Of a DNA stretch of 64,000 bases, positions 17,940 through 27,383 are shown one piece after another (the first letter of the stretch is position 1; each line of letters opens with the position of its first letter). Source of the stretch: Pseudoxanthomonas sp. (GTDB lineage: Bacteria > Pseudomonadota > Gammaproteobacteria > Xanthomonadales > Xanthomonadaceae). The translations under genes and the position numbers were made by a program. The notes beneath the pieces are model-generated. The model saw only the letters and a list, made by a program, of their open reading frames with translations, was not told the origin of the DNA and ran no database searches. The stretch is from contig JBIIHJ010000001.1 in NCBI GenBank assembly GCA_044235875.1, positions 3,707 to 67,706 of the forward strand, read 5' to 3'.

Positions 17940-20900
17940 ATGAAATACGGGTCATCGCCTAAGCGTCAGTTGCTGGCTGTTGCCATCGCTGCCACATGCG
18001 CATCCGTTTCCGCCCATGCGTGGGCACAGCAGGCCACCCAGCCGGTGCCTGCGACCGAACAAGCCCAAGCCGACACGCCAAAGGAGGCGCCGGCTGCGCC
18101 GGACAGCGCCACCAACCTGGACAAGGTCTCGGTGACCGGCTATCGCTACTCGATCGAGAAGAGTCTCGATCAGAAGCGCGATGCCAACTCCATCGTCGAG
18201 ATCGTCACCGCCGAGGACGTGGGCAAGTTCCCGGACAAGAACGTCGCTGACGCCCTGCAGCGCGTGCCGGGCGTGATCATCACGCGCGATGGTGGCGAAG
18301 GTAAGAATGTCAGCGTCCGTGGCCTGTCCTCGGAGCTGACCCTGACCGAGCTCAACGGCAATTACGTCGCCACCGCCGAATCCAACGGCGATCCATCGCG
18401 CTCGTTCAACTACACGCTGCTGCCGTCGAACATGCTGTCCGGCGCCGAATTGTTCAAGACGCCCGAAGCGCGCCTGGATGAAGGCGGCATCGGCGGTACG
18501 GTGATCCTGAAGACACGCCGCCCGCTGGACCAGGAGGCCAACTCCGGCTTCGTCTCGGCCGAAGGCACCTGGGCCGATACGACCAGGAAGGCCGACGGTC
18601 AGTTTTCCGGCTCGTATTCGTGGCATGACAAAGACGATCGCTTCGGCGTGTTCGTGGGCTACACCCAGCAGAAGCGCACCACGCGCACGCTGGGCGTCAC
18701 CACCAGCGACTGGAACTGGTACAGCGCGGACAGCGATGCCTTCCCGGCGACGGACGTCAACGGCAATCCGTCCAACTTCGACAGCTACTGGTACGGGCAG
18801 TCGGGCTTCAACGACCAGAACGGCGGTTCGTATACCGACTTCATGATGCCCAACGTCGTCAACTTCCAGTCCAAGAAGGAAGAGCGCGAGCGCAAGGGCG
18901 GCCAGGTCACCTTCCAGTTCAAGCCGAGCGAAGACCTGACGATCACGACCAACTATTTCCGCTTCGATCTGCAGCAGGATTCGCAGACCAACACGCTGTC
19001 GGTGCCGGAATGGAATCTGGCCCGCTATCAGCCGGACGGCAACTGGGCGGGCGGTCGCCTGCTCGACGGGCTGACCTTCGATCCCAGCGGCACCGTGGTG
19101 ACCGGCGCGCAGTACAGCGCCCATCCGGGCAAGACCTATTACTGCTCCGAAGACGCCGCCGCCGCGGGCGGCATGGCCCCGGGCGGCTGGGGTCCGGACG
19201 ACTGCACCATTCCCACGCCATGGTTGACCGGCTCCTACAACCGCCAGAAGGCCCTTTCGCAGACGGCCGACATCGAACTGGCGTGGACCAGCGAGCGGCT
19301 GGACATCACGCTCAAGGGCGGCCGCACCTGGGCCAAGGGCGGACCGGAGCTGCAGATGACCATGCCGGTCAAGCCGCGCAAGCCCATGCCTGGCGGCAAC
19401 GGCACCACGCTTGATGGCGTCGGCCAATACACGCTCGGCAATTACTACACCGCCTGGGACTTGACGGGCACGCCGTCGCTGAACGTGTCGCCCGAGCTGC
19501 TGGCCAACCTGCGCAACGGCATCGGCGAGATCGATCTGGGCTCTACGGGTTCATCGTGGACGCGCAACAGCACCTTCCAGAAATTCGCGCAGAGCGATTT
19601 CACCTGGCGCGGCGAGACCGGCAGCTGGCTGGACTCGGTGCAGTTCGGCATGAAGTACCGCGATGGCGGTACGCATCGCAGCACCGGCAACAACTACTGG
19701 GTCTGCCAGGGCGCCGACCCGTCCGACTACGACAGCCGTTTCCAGGCAGGTTGCGATCCGGACGCCTCGGTTTTCCAGTCCCAGTTCCTCTATCCCGAAT
19801 CGCTGGGCAACGTCGCGGGCGCGTTCAACACCAATGCGTTTCCGGCGATCAACTACCCGGGCTACATCAATTACCTGAACCAGACCTACGGACAGATGCA
19901 GACCCGGCAGGAGCCCAACTTCGTCTACAACGTCGGCGAGAAGATCTATTCGGCCTACCTGCAGGCCAACTTCCGCACCGAGCGCCTGCGCGGCAACATC
20001 GGTCTGCGTCTGGTCCACACCGACCAGCACGTCGACTCGACCGACCGGGTCGATTACTACAACGACTACTTCTTCGACGATGCGGCCGGCAATCCGCTGC
20101 CCTGCGCCCCGGGCAACCAGCCGGCGGCCGGTGCCCCGGCGGGCTCTGGCTGCATCAGCGGCTTCACCACGCTCCCCGACAGCCAGACCAATCCAGCCAG
20201 CGGTCACATCTCTTCGTTCGCGGTGACCTCGCTGGACCGCAGCTACGTCAATCGCCTGCCGAGCCTCAACATGGCCTATGACCTGACCGAGAACCTGGTG
20301 CTGCGCGGTGCGGCATCCAGGGTCATGGCGCGGCCTGGCTATGGCGACATCGCCGCACCTGGCGGACTGCAGTTCTACAGCCAGGAGTACGTCAACGACC
20401 GGCGCCTGATCGGCGGTGGCGATGTCGTCGGCTGGTACGGCTCGGGCAGCAACAAGGGACTGGACCCTTACCTGGCCAACCAGTTCGACATCGGCCTGGA
20501 GTGGTATTTCCACCCCGGTTCGGTCGCCGGCCTTGGACTGTTCCGCAAGAACGTGAGCAACTTCACCCTGCCGGTGGTGCAGAACGTTTCGCAGACCATC
20601 AACGGCGAGACGGTCACGGTGAAGAACTACGAGACCACCGCCAGCGGTCGCGACGCGGTGTCCGAAGGCGTGGAAGTCTACGGCCAGCACACGCTGGACA
20701 TGGGCCTGGGCTTCCAGTTCAACTACACCTACAACAAGACCAATGAAGCGGCGGTTTCGCTGGAGGACGGCACCGAGATCGGCAAGTCGCCGCTGGTGGG
20801 CAGCGCCAAGAACCAGACCAACTTCACCGTGTTCTACGAGACCGACGCCCTGCTGCTGCGGGCCTCGTACAACCGGCGCGGACAAGTGGTCGATGGCCTG

Positions 20901-21113
20901 GTCAGTGGCCTGAACGTCTACGAGGAGCCGTATCAGCAGATCGACCTCAACGCCGCCTACAACTTCACGCCGGCGCTGAGCCTGACTGCTTCGATCCTCA
21001 ACGTGACCAAGGAGGAGACGCGGACCTATCTTGGCAACGACACCAGGGCGCGCCTCAACTCGAACAACTATGCCGGGCGAATCGCCTATCTGGGCGTGAC
21101 CTACAAGTTCTGA
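17940..21113 (+). CDS. TonB-dependent receptor (carbohydrate-utilisation type)
   Basis: Signal peptide, TonB box LDKVSVTG, plug AEDVGKFPDKNVADALQRVPG, KTPEARLDEGGIGG, C-terminal YKF. Confidence 0.97.
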   Translation: MKYGSSPKRQLLAVAIAATCASVSAHAWAQQATQPVPATEQAQADTPKEAPAAPDSATNLDKVSVTGYRYSIEKSLDQKRDANSIVEIVTAEDVGKFPDKNVADALQRVPGVIITRDGGEGKNVSVRGLSSELTLTELNGNYVATAESNGDPSRSFNYTLLPSNMLSGAELFKTPEARLDEGGIGGTVILKTRRPLDQEANSGFVSAEGTWADTTRKADGQFSGSYSWHDKDDRFGVFVGYTQQKRTTRTLGVTTSDWNWYSADSDAFPATDVNGNPSNFDSYWYGQSGFNDQNGGSYTDFMMPNVVNFQSKKEERERKGGQVTFQFKPSEDLTITTNYFRFDLQQDSQTNTLSVPEWNLARYQPDGNWAGGRLLDGLTFDPSGTVVTGAQYSAHPGKTYYCSEDAAAAGGMAPGGWGPDDCTIPTPWLTGSYNRQKALSQTADIELAWTSERLDITLKGGRTWAKGGPELQMTMPVKPRKPMPGGNGTTLDGVGQYTLGNYYTAWDLTGTPSLNVSPELLANLRNGIGEIDLGSTGSSWTRNSTFQKFAQSDFTWRGETGSWLDSVQFGMKYRDGGTHRSTGNNYWVCQGADPSDYDSRFQAGCDPDASVFQSQFLYPESLGNVAGAFNTNAFPAINYPGYINYLNQTYGQMQTRQEPNFVYNVGEKIYSAYLQANFRTERLRGNIGLRLVHTDQHVDSTDRVDYYNDYFFDDAAGNPLPCAPGNQPAAGAPAGSGCISGFTTLPDSQTNPASGHISSFAVTSLDRSYVNRLPSLNMAYDLTENLVLRGAASRVMARPGYGDIAAPGGLQFYSQEYVNDRRLIGGGDVVGWYGSGSNKGLDPYLANQFDIGLEWYFHPGSVAGLGLFRKNVSNFTLPVVQNVSQTINGETVTVKNYETTASGRDAVSEGVEVYGQHTLDMGLGFQFNYTYNKTNEAAVSLEDGTEIGKSPLVGSAKNQTNFTVFYETDALLLRASYNRRGQVVDGLVSGLNVYEEPYQQIDLNAAYNFTPALSLTASILNVTKEETRTYLGNDTRARLNSNNYAGRIAYLGVTYKF

Positions 21114-21135
21114 AAAATCCAACGCAGGAAGGCAC

Positions 21136-21168
21136 GCGGGCACGGAGCGATCCGTGCCCGCTTCGTTT
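21136..21168 (+). terminator. Intrinsic terminator after the TonB-dependent receptor
   Basis: GCGGGCACGGA-GCGA-TCCGTGCCCGC perfect 11-bp stem with GNRA loop, followed by TTCGTTT. Confidence 0.8.
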
Positions 21169-21417
21169 CAAGGGTCAGCGGACGCTGCCAGGCCCTGTCT
21201 GCACGGATCGGCCTGGCACACCGAACCGGCGTGATGCAGCGCCGGCGCACCGGCAGCCGGGTGTCCTGCCCAACCTGCGCCACGATGCCCACGGCGCGCA
21301 CCGGAACGGCAACCGGATCAGAGTGCTTTCACAGGTGCGCGCCAGAGGGTTGGCCGGCGGACGGATCGGTTGCGCGGCGCCGTGGTCAGGCGCACGTGTC
21401 CAGGCCTCGCCGGCAAG

Positions 21418-22323
21418 CTAGTTCGCTTGCGCTCTGATGCCCGCCACGATCCGCGCTGCATCCTGCGAAGGCGGCAGGCCGAAGGTGCGTGCGTACTCGC
21501 GGCTGAACTGGGTGGTGCTCTCGTAGCCCACGTCCATTGCCGCGCTGGTGACGCTGCTGCCGTGTGTGGTCAGGAGCTGGCGGGCCTGCAGCAGCCGCAG
21601 CTGCTTCTGGTATTGCAGCGGGCTCAGCGCAGTGGCGGACTTGAAGTGGCGATGAAACGCCGATTCGCTCATTGCCACCTGCTCGGCCAACGCCGCGACC
21701 CGCAACGGTTTGGAGAAGTCACGGCGAATGCGCTGGATCGCGCTGCTGATGCGCGCCAGCGCCGAATCGGGCGTGGCCAGCTGCCGCAACATGCGGCCAT
21801 GCGGTCCCTGCAGGACGCGATACAGGATCTCGCGCTCGTAGACCGGCGCCAGCGCGGGAATTTCGGCTGGACGCTCCATCAGCCGCAGCATCCGCACCCA
21901 GGCGTCCATCAGCTCCGGCGTCACGGCCGCAACGTTGAAGGCCTCCATCTGCCAGGACCGCTCGTCACCCGCGCGCGCCGCTTCGACGGTGTCGTACAGC
22001 AGCGCTGAAAGGATGTCGGGGTCCAGCGTGAGGCTGACCGCCAGGTAGGGCTCGCCCGTGCTGGCGCCATGCACGGTCCCGACGGCCGGCAGGTCGACGG
22101 ACATGACGAAGTAGGTCGCTGGATCGTAATGGAGGGTCCTGTCGCCCACCGTCATCGATTTGCCGCCCTGCAGGATCAGGTTGATCATCGGTGCATAGAC
22201 GGCCGCGAGCGCGTGCTCGGGGATCTTGCCCTGGACCATGGCCACGCGAGGAATCCCGGTTTCGGTTCGGCGATTTTCGGCATGTGCGGCGAGCCGACGC
22301 AATTCTTCCAGGGCGGTGTCCAT
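21418..22323 (-). CDS. AraC-family regulator (YqhC-like)
   Basis: YAPMINLILQGGK, SVDLP, EREILYRVL.GP, AMSESAFHRHFK..T.LSPLQYQKQLRL, VGYESTTQFSREY.R.FG. Confidence 0.93.
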   Translation of the reverse strand: MDTALEELRRLAAHAENRRTETGIPRVAMVQGKIPEHALAAVYAPMINLILQGGKSMTVGDRTLHYDPATYFVMSVDLPAVGTVHGASTGEPYLAVSLTLDPDILSALLYDTVEAARAGDERSWQMEAFNVAAVTPELMDAWVRMLRLMERPAEIPALAPVYEREILYRVLQGPHGRMLRQLATPDSALARISSAIQRIRRDFSKPLRVAALAEQVAMSESAFHRHFKSATALSPLQYQKQLRLLQARQLLTTHGSSVTSAAMDVGYESTTQFSREYARTFGLPPSQDAARIVAGIRAQAN

Positions 22324-22367
22324 GCCGTCATAGGACACCGGAAGGCCGGCCCTGGCAAGACGCGAAG

Positions 22368-22401
22368 CAGGAATAGGCAGGTAATTGCCAGGATCGGCAG
22401 G
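22368..22401 (+). promoter_or_regulatory. AraC-type direct-repeat binding site
   Basis: CAGGAATAGGCAGG / CAGGATCGGCAGG repeated at 21-bp spacing between the divergent AraC and SDR genes. Confidence 0.55.
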
Positions 22402-22459
22402 GCGCCGATCGTCAGGCGTCCCTAGCCTGTGCATCACCGTATCGCACAGGGAGTTCCGC

Positions 22460-23203
22460 ATGAAACACGTTCTGATCACCGGTGGCAGCCGTGGCATCGG
22501 CGCCAGCACCGCACTGCAATGCGCGCAGCGCGGCATGGGCGTCATCCTCACCTACCACGCCCAGCCGCAGGCCGCGCACGGGGTGGTCGAGCGTATCCAG
22601 GCCGCAGGTGGCACGGCCGTCGCGCTGCAGCTCGACGTAGGCCACAGCAGTGGCTTGGCCGACTTTGCGACGCAGGTGGCCAAGACCCTGCAGGCCACCT
22701 GGGACACGACCAGGCTGGATGGGCTGGTGAACAACGCCGGCTTTGGCCTGTTCAATCCGATCGAGACCGTCACCGAGGCGCAGTTCGACAGCTTGTTCAA
22801 CGTGCATCTCAAGGGGCCGTTCTTCCTGACCCAGGCGTTGTTGCCGCTGCTGGGCGAGGGCGCCAGCATCGTCAATCTCACCAGCGCCACGACGCGGGTG
22901 GCCACGGCGGGTGTCGCGCCGTATGCCGCGTTCAAGGGCGGCCTGGAGGTGCTGACCCGCTACATGGCCAAGGAATTCGGCGAGCGTCGCATCCGCGTCA
23001 ATGCCGTGTCGCCCGGGGCCATCCGGACCGACCTGGGCGGCGGACTCAACGATGCATTCGAGGCCCTGCTGGCCTCGCAGACCGCGCTGGGCCGCGTCGG
23101 CGAACCGGACGATGTGGGGCGTGTGATTGCGGGCCTGTTGTCCGAGGACCAGGCCTGGATCAATGCGCAGTCCATCGAAGTGGCCGGCGGCTATCTCATC
23201 TGA
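22460..23203 (+). CDS. SDR family oxidoreductase
   Basis: TGGSRGIG, NNAG, YAAFK, VSPGAIRTD. Confidence 0.93.
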   Translation: MKHVLITGGSRGIGASTALQCAQRGMGVILTYHAQPQAAHGVVERIQAAGGTAVALQLDVGHSSGLADFATQVAKTLQATWDTTRLDGLVNNAGFGLFNPIETVTEAQFDSLFNVHLKGPFFLTQALLPLLGEGASIVNLTSATTRVATAGVAPYAAFKGGLEVLTRYMAKEFGERRIRVNAVSPGAIRTDLGGGLNDAFEALLASQTALGRVGEPDDVGRVIAGLLSEDQAWINAQSIEVAGGYLI

Positions 23204-23222
23204 TTGGCAACAGGAGTGCGTC

Positions 23223-23627
23223 ATGCTGGATCATGTCTTTCTGACCGTCGCCGACACCACGCGTTCGGTCGCGTTCTATACCGCGGCGCTGGCGCCGCTG
23301 GGGATCGTCAACCGGCTCGACTACGACGGTCGTCTTGGGCCGCCAGGGCATCCGGACCTCAAGGGCTTCGGTGCCGATGGCCGGGTGTTCTTCTGGCTTC
23401 GACAGGGGGTGGCCGGGCCGCGGGCGGCGCATGTGGGCTTCGTCGCGACGTCCACGGCAATGGTGGATGCCGCCCATGCGGCCGCGCTCGCCGCTGGTGC
23501 GCAGCCACTTCATCCGCCCGGGCCGCAGCTTCATTACGATCCGCGCTATTACGCCGCGCAGGTGCGCGACCTGGACGGCTACAGCCTGGAGTTCGTCTAC
23601 AAGTCCTGGCAGCACGACCATGGGTAA
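23223..23627 (+). CDS. VOC/glyoxalase family protein
   Basis: MLDHV.L.V.D...S.AFY.AAL.PLG, HVGF.A, YYAA.VRDLDGYSLE. Confidence 0.9.
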   Translation: MLDHVFLTVADTTRSVAFYTAALAPLGIVNRLDYDGRLGPPGHPDLKGFGADGRVFFWLRQGVAGPRAAHVGFVATSTAMVDAAHAAALAAGAQPLHPPGPQLHYDPRYYAAQVRDLDGYSLEFVYKSWQHDHG

Positions 23628-23979
23628 GGCGGGCCGACATCCCCCGGCGCAGGCGATGGTGGAGGCGTTCATCGCGGCCACCAACGCCTTGGATGTCGAC
23701 GCCGCGCTGGCGCTGTTCGCGCCCGACGCGGTCATCGACGATCCCTCCACCGGCCATCGCTTCAGCGCCCACGCCGGCATCGGCGACTACCTGACGCGCT
23801 ACTTCGTGGGCTATCGCACCGTCACGCGCCTGCTCTCGATGGACGCGCGCGACAAAGGCCGCGTCCGCGTCCGCGTCCGGGTCGACTTCACCGGCGATTT
23901 CGGCCACGAGATCGGTCGGCTGGACATGGCCTTCGGTCCAGACGGACGCATCGTCCGCATCGATGCCGACCTGGAATGA
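23620..23979 (+). CDS. SnoaL/NTF2-like domain protein
   Basis: FIAATNALDVDAALALFAPDAVIDD...F..H.GI..Y; overlaps the VOC stop codon. Confidence 0.8.
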   Translation: MGKAGRHPPAQAMVEAFIAATNALDVDAALALFAPDAVIDDPSTGHRFSAHAGIGDYLTRYFVGYRTVTRLLSMDARDKGRVRVRVRVDFTGDFGHEIGRLDMAFGPDGRIVRIDADLE

Positions 23980-24293
23980 GGCGGCCGATGCAACGCGCAG
24001 CACCGATGGCGGCCCGCAGCGCATGCCGGTGCCAGGGCCACGCGCGGGCATCGCCCTGGACGTGGCGGGGATGCAGCACCAGGGCCGCTGCGTGCCCGGA
24101 TGCACGGAAGTCCCACTCTATGACACGCGCGGCTCGGCCGGCCATGACGGCATCGCCGATGCGGCGCAGGGTCGTGGCGCCAACGCGGCGCGCCTGGAGC
24201 ACGAGGTTGTCGCGGTCCACCGCAGGCAATGACGGTCTGGCGTGAGCGCGCAACGCCCGCGACAGCGTGGCGGCAGTCGCGGGTGTTGCGTGC

Positions 24294-27200
24294 TCAGTGG
24301 CTGGGATGCGAAGCGATGGTGTCGTCCGGGTGCGAGGACTTGCGGCGGAAACGGCGCGAAAGCCATTCGCCGATGTCGTCGATCAGGGTGAACGCCGCCG
24401 GGATCACGATCAGGCTCAGCAGCGTGGACGTCACCAGGCCGCCGATCACGGCGATGGCCATCGGCGCGCGGAAGCTCGAATCGCCGGAGAACCCCAATGC
24501 GATCGGCATCATGCCCGCGCCCATGGCCAGGGTGGTCATGATGATCGGCTGGGCGCGCTTGCGGCACGCATCGATCAGCGCGTCATGCTGGCTCAGGCCG
24601 TGTTCGTCCTCGGCGATCACCGCGTAATCGACCAGCAGGATCGAGTTCTTGGTGGCGATGCCGATCAGCATGAGCAGGCCGATCAAGGCCGGCAGCGACA
24701 GCATGTTCTGCGTGAGCAGCAGCGCGCCGAACGCACCGCCGGCGCACAACGGCACGGCGATGAGGATCGTCATCGGCATCAGCGCGTGGTTGAACAGCAG
24801 CAGCAACACCATGTAGATGCAGACGATGCCCGCGGCCATGGCCAGCAGGAAGCCGACGAACAGCTCCACGAACACTTCCGCATCGCCGGTGTTGAGGAAG
24901 CTCACGCCCGGCGGCAGGTGCTTGACGGTCGGCAGCTGCTGCACGGTCTCCATGACATCGCCCAGCGGACGCCCGTTGAGCTCGGCGGTCAGGGTGACGT
25001 TGCGCTGGCGCTGGTAACGCGAGATCTGCGAAGGGCCGCTGCCCATCTGGATCTCCGCCACGGCGGCCAACGGCACCGGGCCGTAGCGCCCCGGCACGCG
25101 CAGCTGGCCGATCAGCGCAGGGTTGGACAGCGTGGCCTCGGAGAAGCCCACGCGGATCGGCACCTGGCGGTCGGGCAGGTTGAGCTTGGCCAGGCGCTGC
25201 TCGTAGTCGCCGGCCGTGGCGATGCGCGCGGCCTCGGCGATATCGGCGGTGGACACGCCCATGTCGGCCGCGCGCGCCGAGTTGGGCACGATCTGGATCT
25301 CCGGCCGCAGCAGCGAAGCGGTGGAGGTCACGCTGCCCAGTCCCGGGATGTTGCGCAGGTCGCGTTCCAGCGCCAGCGATGCGTCCTGCAGGTGCTGCGG
25401 ATCATCGCCGGAGAGCACCAGCTGCAGCAGGTTGCCCGGCTCGGAGCTGACATAGCTCACCCGCACGCCCGGAAGATCGGCCAGGCGCGCCCGCGCGTCG
25501 CGCTCCAGTGCGCGCTGGTCGCGGTCGCGCGTGTTGGCCACGCCCCAGTCCAGCACCAGCGTGGCCTTGCGTGGATCGGGTACGCCGGTGGTCGAGGGAT
25601 CGCCCAGGTCGAGCACGCTGCCCACGGCGGTGTAGACCTGCTTGAGTTCGGGCATGTCCTTGAGCAGGCCGCGTGCGCGCTCGGCCACCGCGACGGTGTC
25701 CTGCAGGCGCGTGCCCGGCGGCAGCTCCAGGTTGAGGTTGCTGCGGCCCAGGTCGGACTGCGGGATGAAGGTGGCCGGGATCAGCGGCACCAGCGCCAGC
25801 GAGGCGACGAACAGCCCGGTGGCGATCCACAGCGTGCGACCGCGATGGCGCAGCGCCGCGTCGACCCAGCCCAGGTACCAGGTCATCAGGCGCGACTCGG
25901 GTTGTTCCTCGCCGTGCGGCTTGAGCAGGTAGGCGGCCATCATCGGCGTGAGCAGGCGCGCGACCAGCAGCGAGAACAACACCGCCGTGGCCGCGGTCCA
26001 GCCGAATTCGCGGAAGAACTTGCCGGCAATGCCGGGCATGAACGCCACCGGCACGAACACCGCGGCCAAAGTCAGCGAAGTGGCGATCACCGCATTGCCG
26101 ATCTCGCCGGCCGCCTCGGTGGCCGCTTCCAGCGGTGGCTTGCCCATGCGCAGGTGGCGGACGATGTTCTCGATCTCCACGATCGCATCGTCCACCAGGA
26201 TGCCCACCACCACCGACAGCGCCAGCAGCGTGATCATGTTGAGGGTGAAGCCGAACCAGTACATCACCGCGAAGGTCGGGATGATCGACAGCGGCAACGC
26301 CAGCGCCGACACCCACGTCGCGCGCCAGTCGCGCAGGAACGCCCACACCACCAGCAGCGCCAGCAGCGCGCCTTCGTACAGCATCGTCATCGACGAATCG
26401 TAGGAACGATGGGTCTCGTCGATGGCGGTGGTGACCAGGCGGAAATCCACGCCCGGATGCGCGGCCTTGAGCGCATCGAGCGCCTTGTGCACGCCGGCTT
26501 CGACCTTGACCTCGCTGGAGCCGCGCGTGCGCGACATCGAGAAGGCCACCACGTCCCTGCCATCGAGCAGTGCGGCCTCGGCAGGATCGGCCGCCGCATC
26601 GGTGACCCTGGCCAGCGAAGACAGGCGCACACCGCGACCGTCGGGCAGGCTGATCGAATAGTTGCCCAGCGCCTGTGCATCGCCGACGGTGCCCAGCGTG
26701 CGGATGGTCTGCTGCGCGCCATCGAGTTCGGCCTTGCCGCCGGCACGCTCGACCTGGATCTGCGCCAGCTGCTGGGAGACATTGCCGGCAGTGACGCCAA
26801 AGGCCTGCAGTGCGTTGGGATCCAGGTCGACGCGCACCTGGCGCTCGACGCCGCCGACACGGGTCACGCGCGCCACGCCCGGTACGCCGTACATGGCGCG
26901 CGAGATCTCGCGGTCCACCAGCCAGCTGGCCTCGTCCGGCGTCAGCTGCGGCGCGACCAGCGCATAGGTCATCAGCGAGCCGCCGATATCGACCTTGGAG
27001 ATCACCGGTTCCTGGATGTCCTGCGGCAGGTCGGTGCGGATGCGGGTAACCGCATCGCGCGTGTCATCCAGCGCGGTGCCCAGGTCGGCTTCCAGCTGGA
27101 ATTCGATGCTGGTGGTGCTGACACCTTCACTGACGGTGGAGATCACCCGCTTGACGTTGGTGATGGTGGCCACCGAGTCCTCGACCTTGCGCGTGACCTC

Positions 27201-27383
27201 GGCCTCCAGCTGGCTGGGCGATGCGCCTGGCTGGGTCACCGTGACGGTGGTCATCGGGAAGGCGATGTCGGGGAAGCGCGCGACGGGCAGCTGGTGGAAC
27301 CCCCACAGCCCGGCCACGCACAGCACGAAGAAGATCATCAGGGCCGGCAGCGGCCGGCGGATGGCCCATGCGGAGAAGTTCAT
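24294..27383 (-). CDS. RND efflux permease (HAE1-like)
   Basis: MNFSAWAIRRP, GILVDDAIVEIENI, GIATKNSILLVDY, R.QPIIMTT; 12-TM pattern. Confidence 0.96.
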   Translation of the reverse strand: MNFSAWAIRRPLPALMIFFVLCVAGLWGFHQLPVARFPDIAFPMTTVTVTQPGASPSQLEAEVTRKVEDSVATITNVKRVISTVSEGVSTTSIEFQLEADLGTALDDTRDAVTRIRTDLPQDIQEPVISKVDIGGSLMTYALVAPQLTPDEASWLVDREISRAMYGVPGVARVTRVGGVERQVRVDLDPNALQAFGVTAGNVSQQLAQIQVERAGGKAELDGAQQTIRTLGTVGDAQALGNYSISLPDGRGVRLSSLARVTDAAADPAEAALLDGRDVVAFSMSRTRGSSEVKVEAGVHKALDALKAAHPGVDFRLVTTAIDETHRSYDSSMTMLYEGALLALLVVWAFLRDWRATWVSALALPLSIIPTFAVMYWFGFTLNMITLLALSVVVGILVDDAIVEIENIVRHLRMGKPPLEAATEAAGEIGNAVIATSLTLAAVFVPVAFMPGIAGKFFREFGWTAATAVLFSLLVARLLTPMMAAYLLKPHGEEQPESRLMTWYLGWVDAALRHRGRTLWIATGLFVASLALVPLIPATFIPQSDLGRSNLNLELPPGTRLQDTVAVAERARGLLKDMPELKQVYTAVGSVLDLGDPSTTGVPDPRKATLVLDWGVANTRDRDQRALERDARARLADLPGVRVSYVSSEPGNLLQLVLSGDDPQHLQDASLALERDLRNIPGLGSVTSTASLLRPEIQIVPNSARAADMGVSTADIAEAARIATAGDYEQRLAKLNLPDRQVPIRVGFSEATLSNPALIGQLRVPGRYGPVPLAAVAEIQMGSGPSQISRYQRQRNVTLTAELNGRPLGDVMETVQQLPTVKHLPPGVSFLNTGDAEVFVELFVGFLLAMAAGIVCIYMVLLLLFNHALMPMTILIAVPLCAGGAFGALLLTQNMLSLPALIGLLMLIGIATKNSILLVDYAVIAEDEHGLSQHDALIDACRKRAQPIIMTTLAMGAGMMPIALGFSGDSSFRAPMAIAVIGGLVTSTLLSLIVIPAAFTLIDDIGEWLSRRFRRKSSHPDDTIASHPSH

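Noticed and set aside
21200-21400. Minus-strand peptide VRAVGIVAQVG resembling an MDR dehydrogenase fragment
   Set aside because: Too short and low-complexity to support
23860-23883. (CGCGTC)3 tandem repeat encoding RVRVRV in the SnoaL-like gene
   Set aside because: Short, in-frame, and fits a beta-strand; no case for phase variation
24000-24250. Minus-strand peptide faintly like a LysR C-terminus (DNLVLQA...AGRAARVIEW)
   Set aside because: Similarity too weak to call a pseudogene without a search
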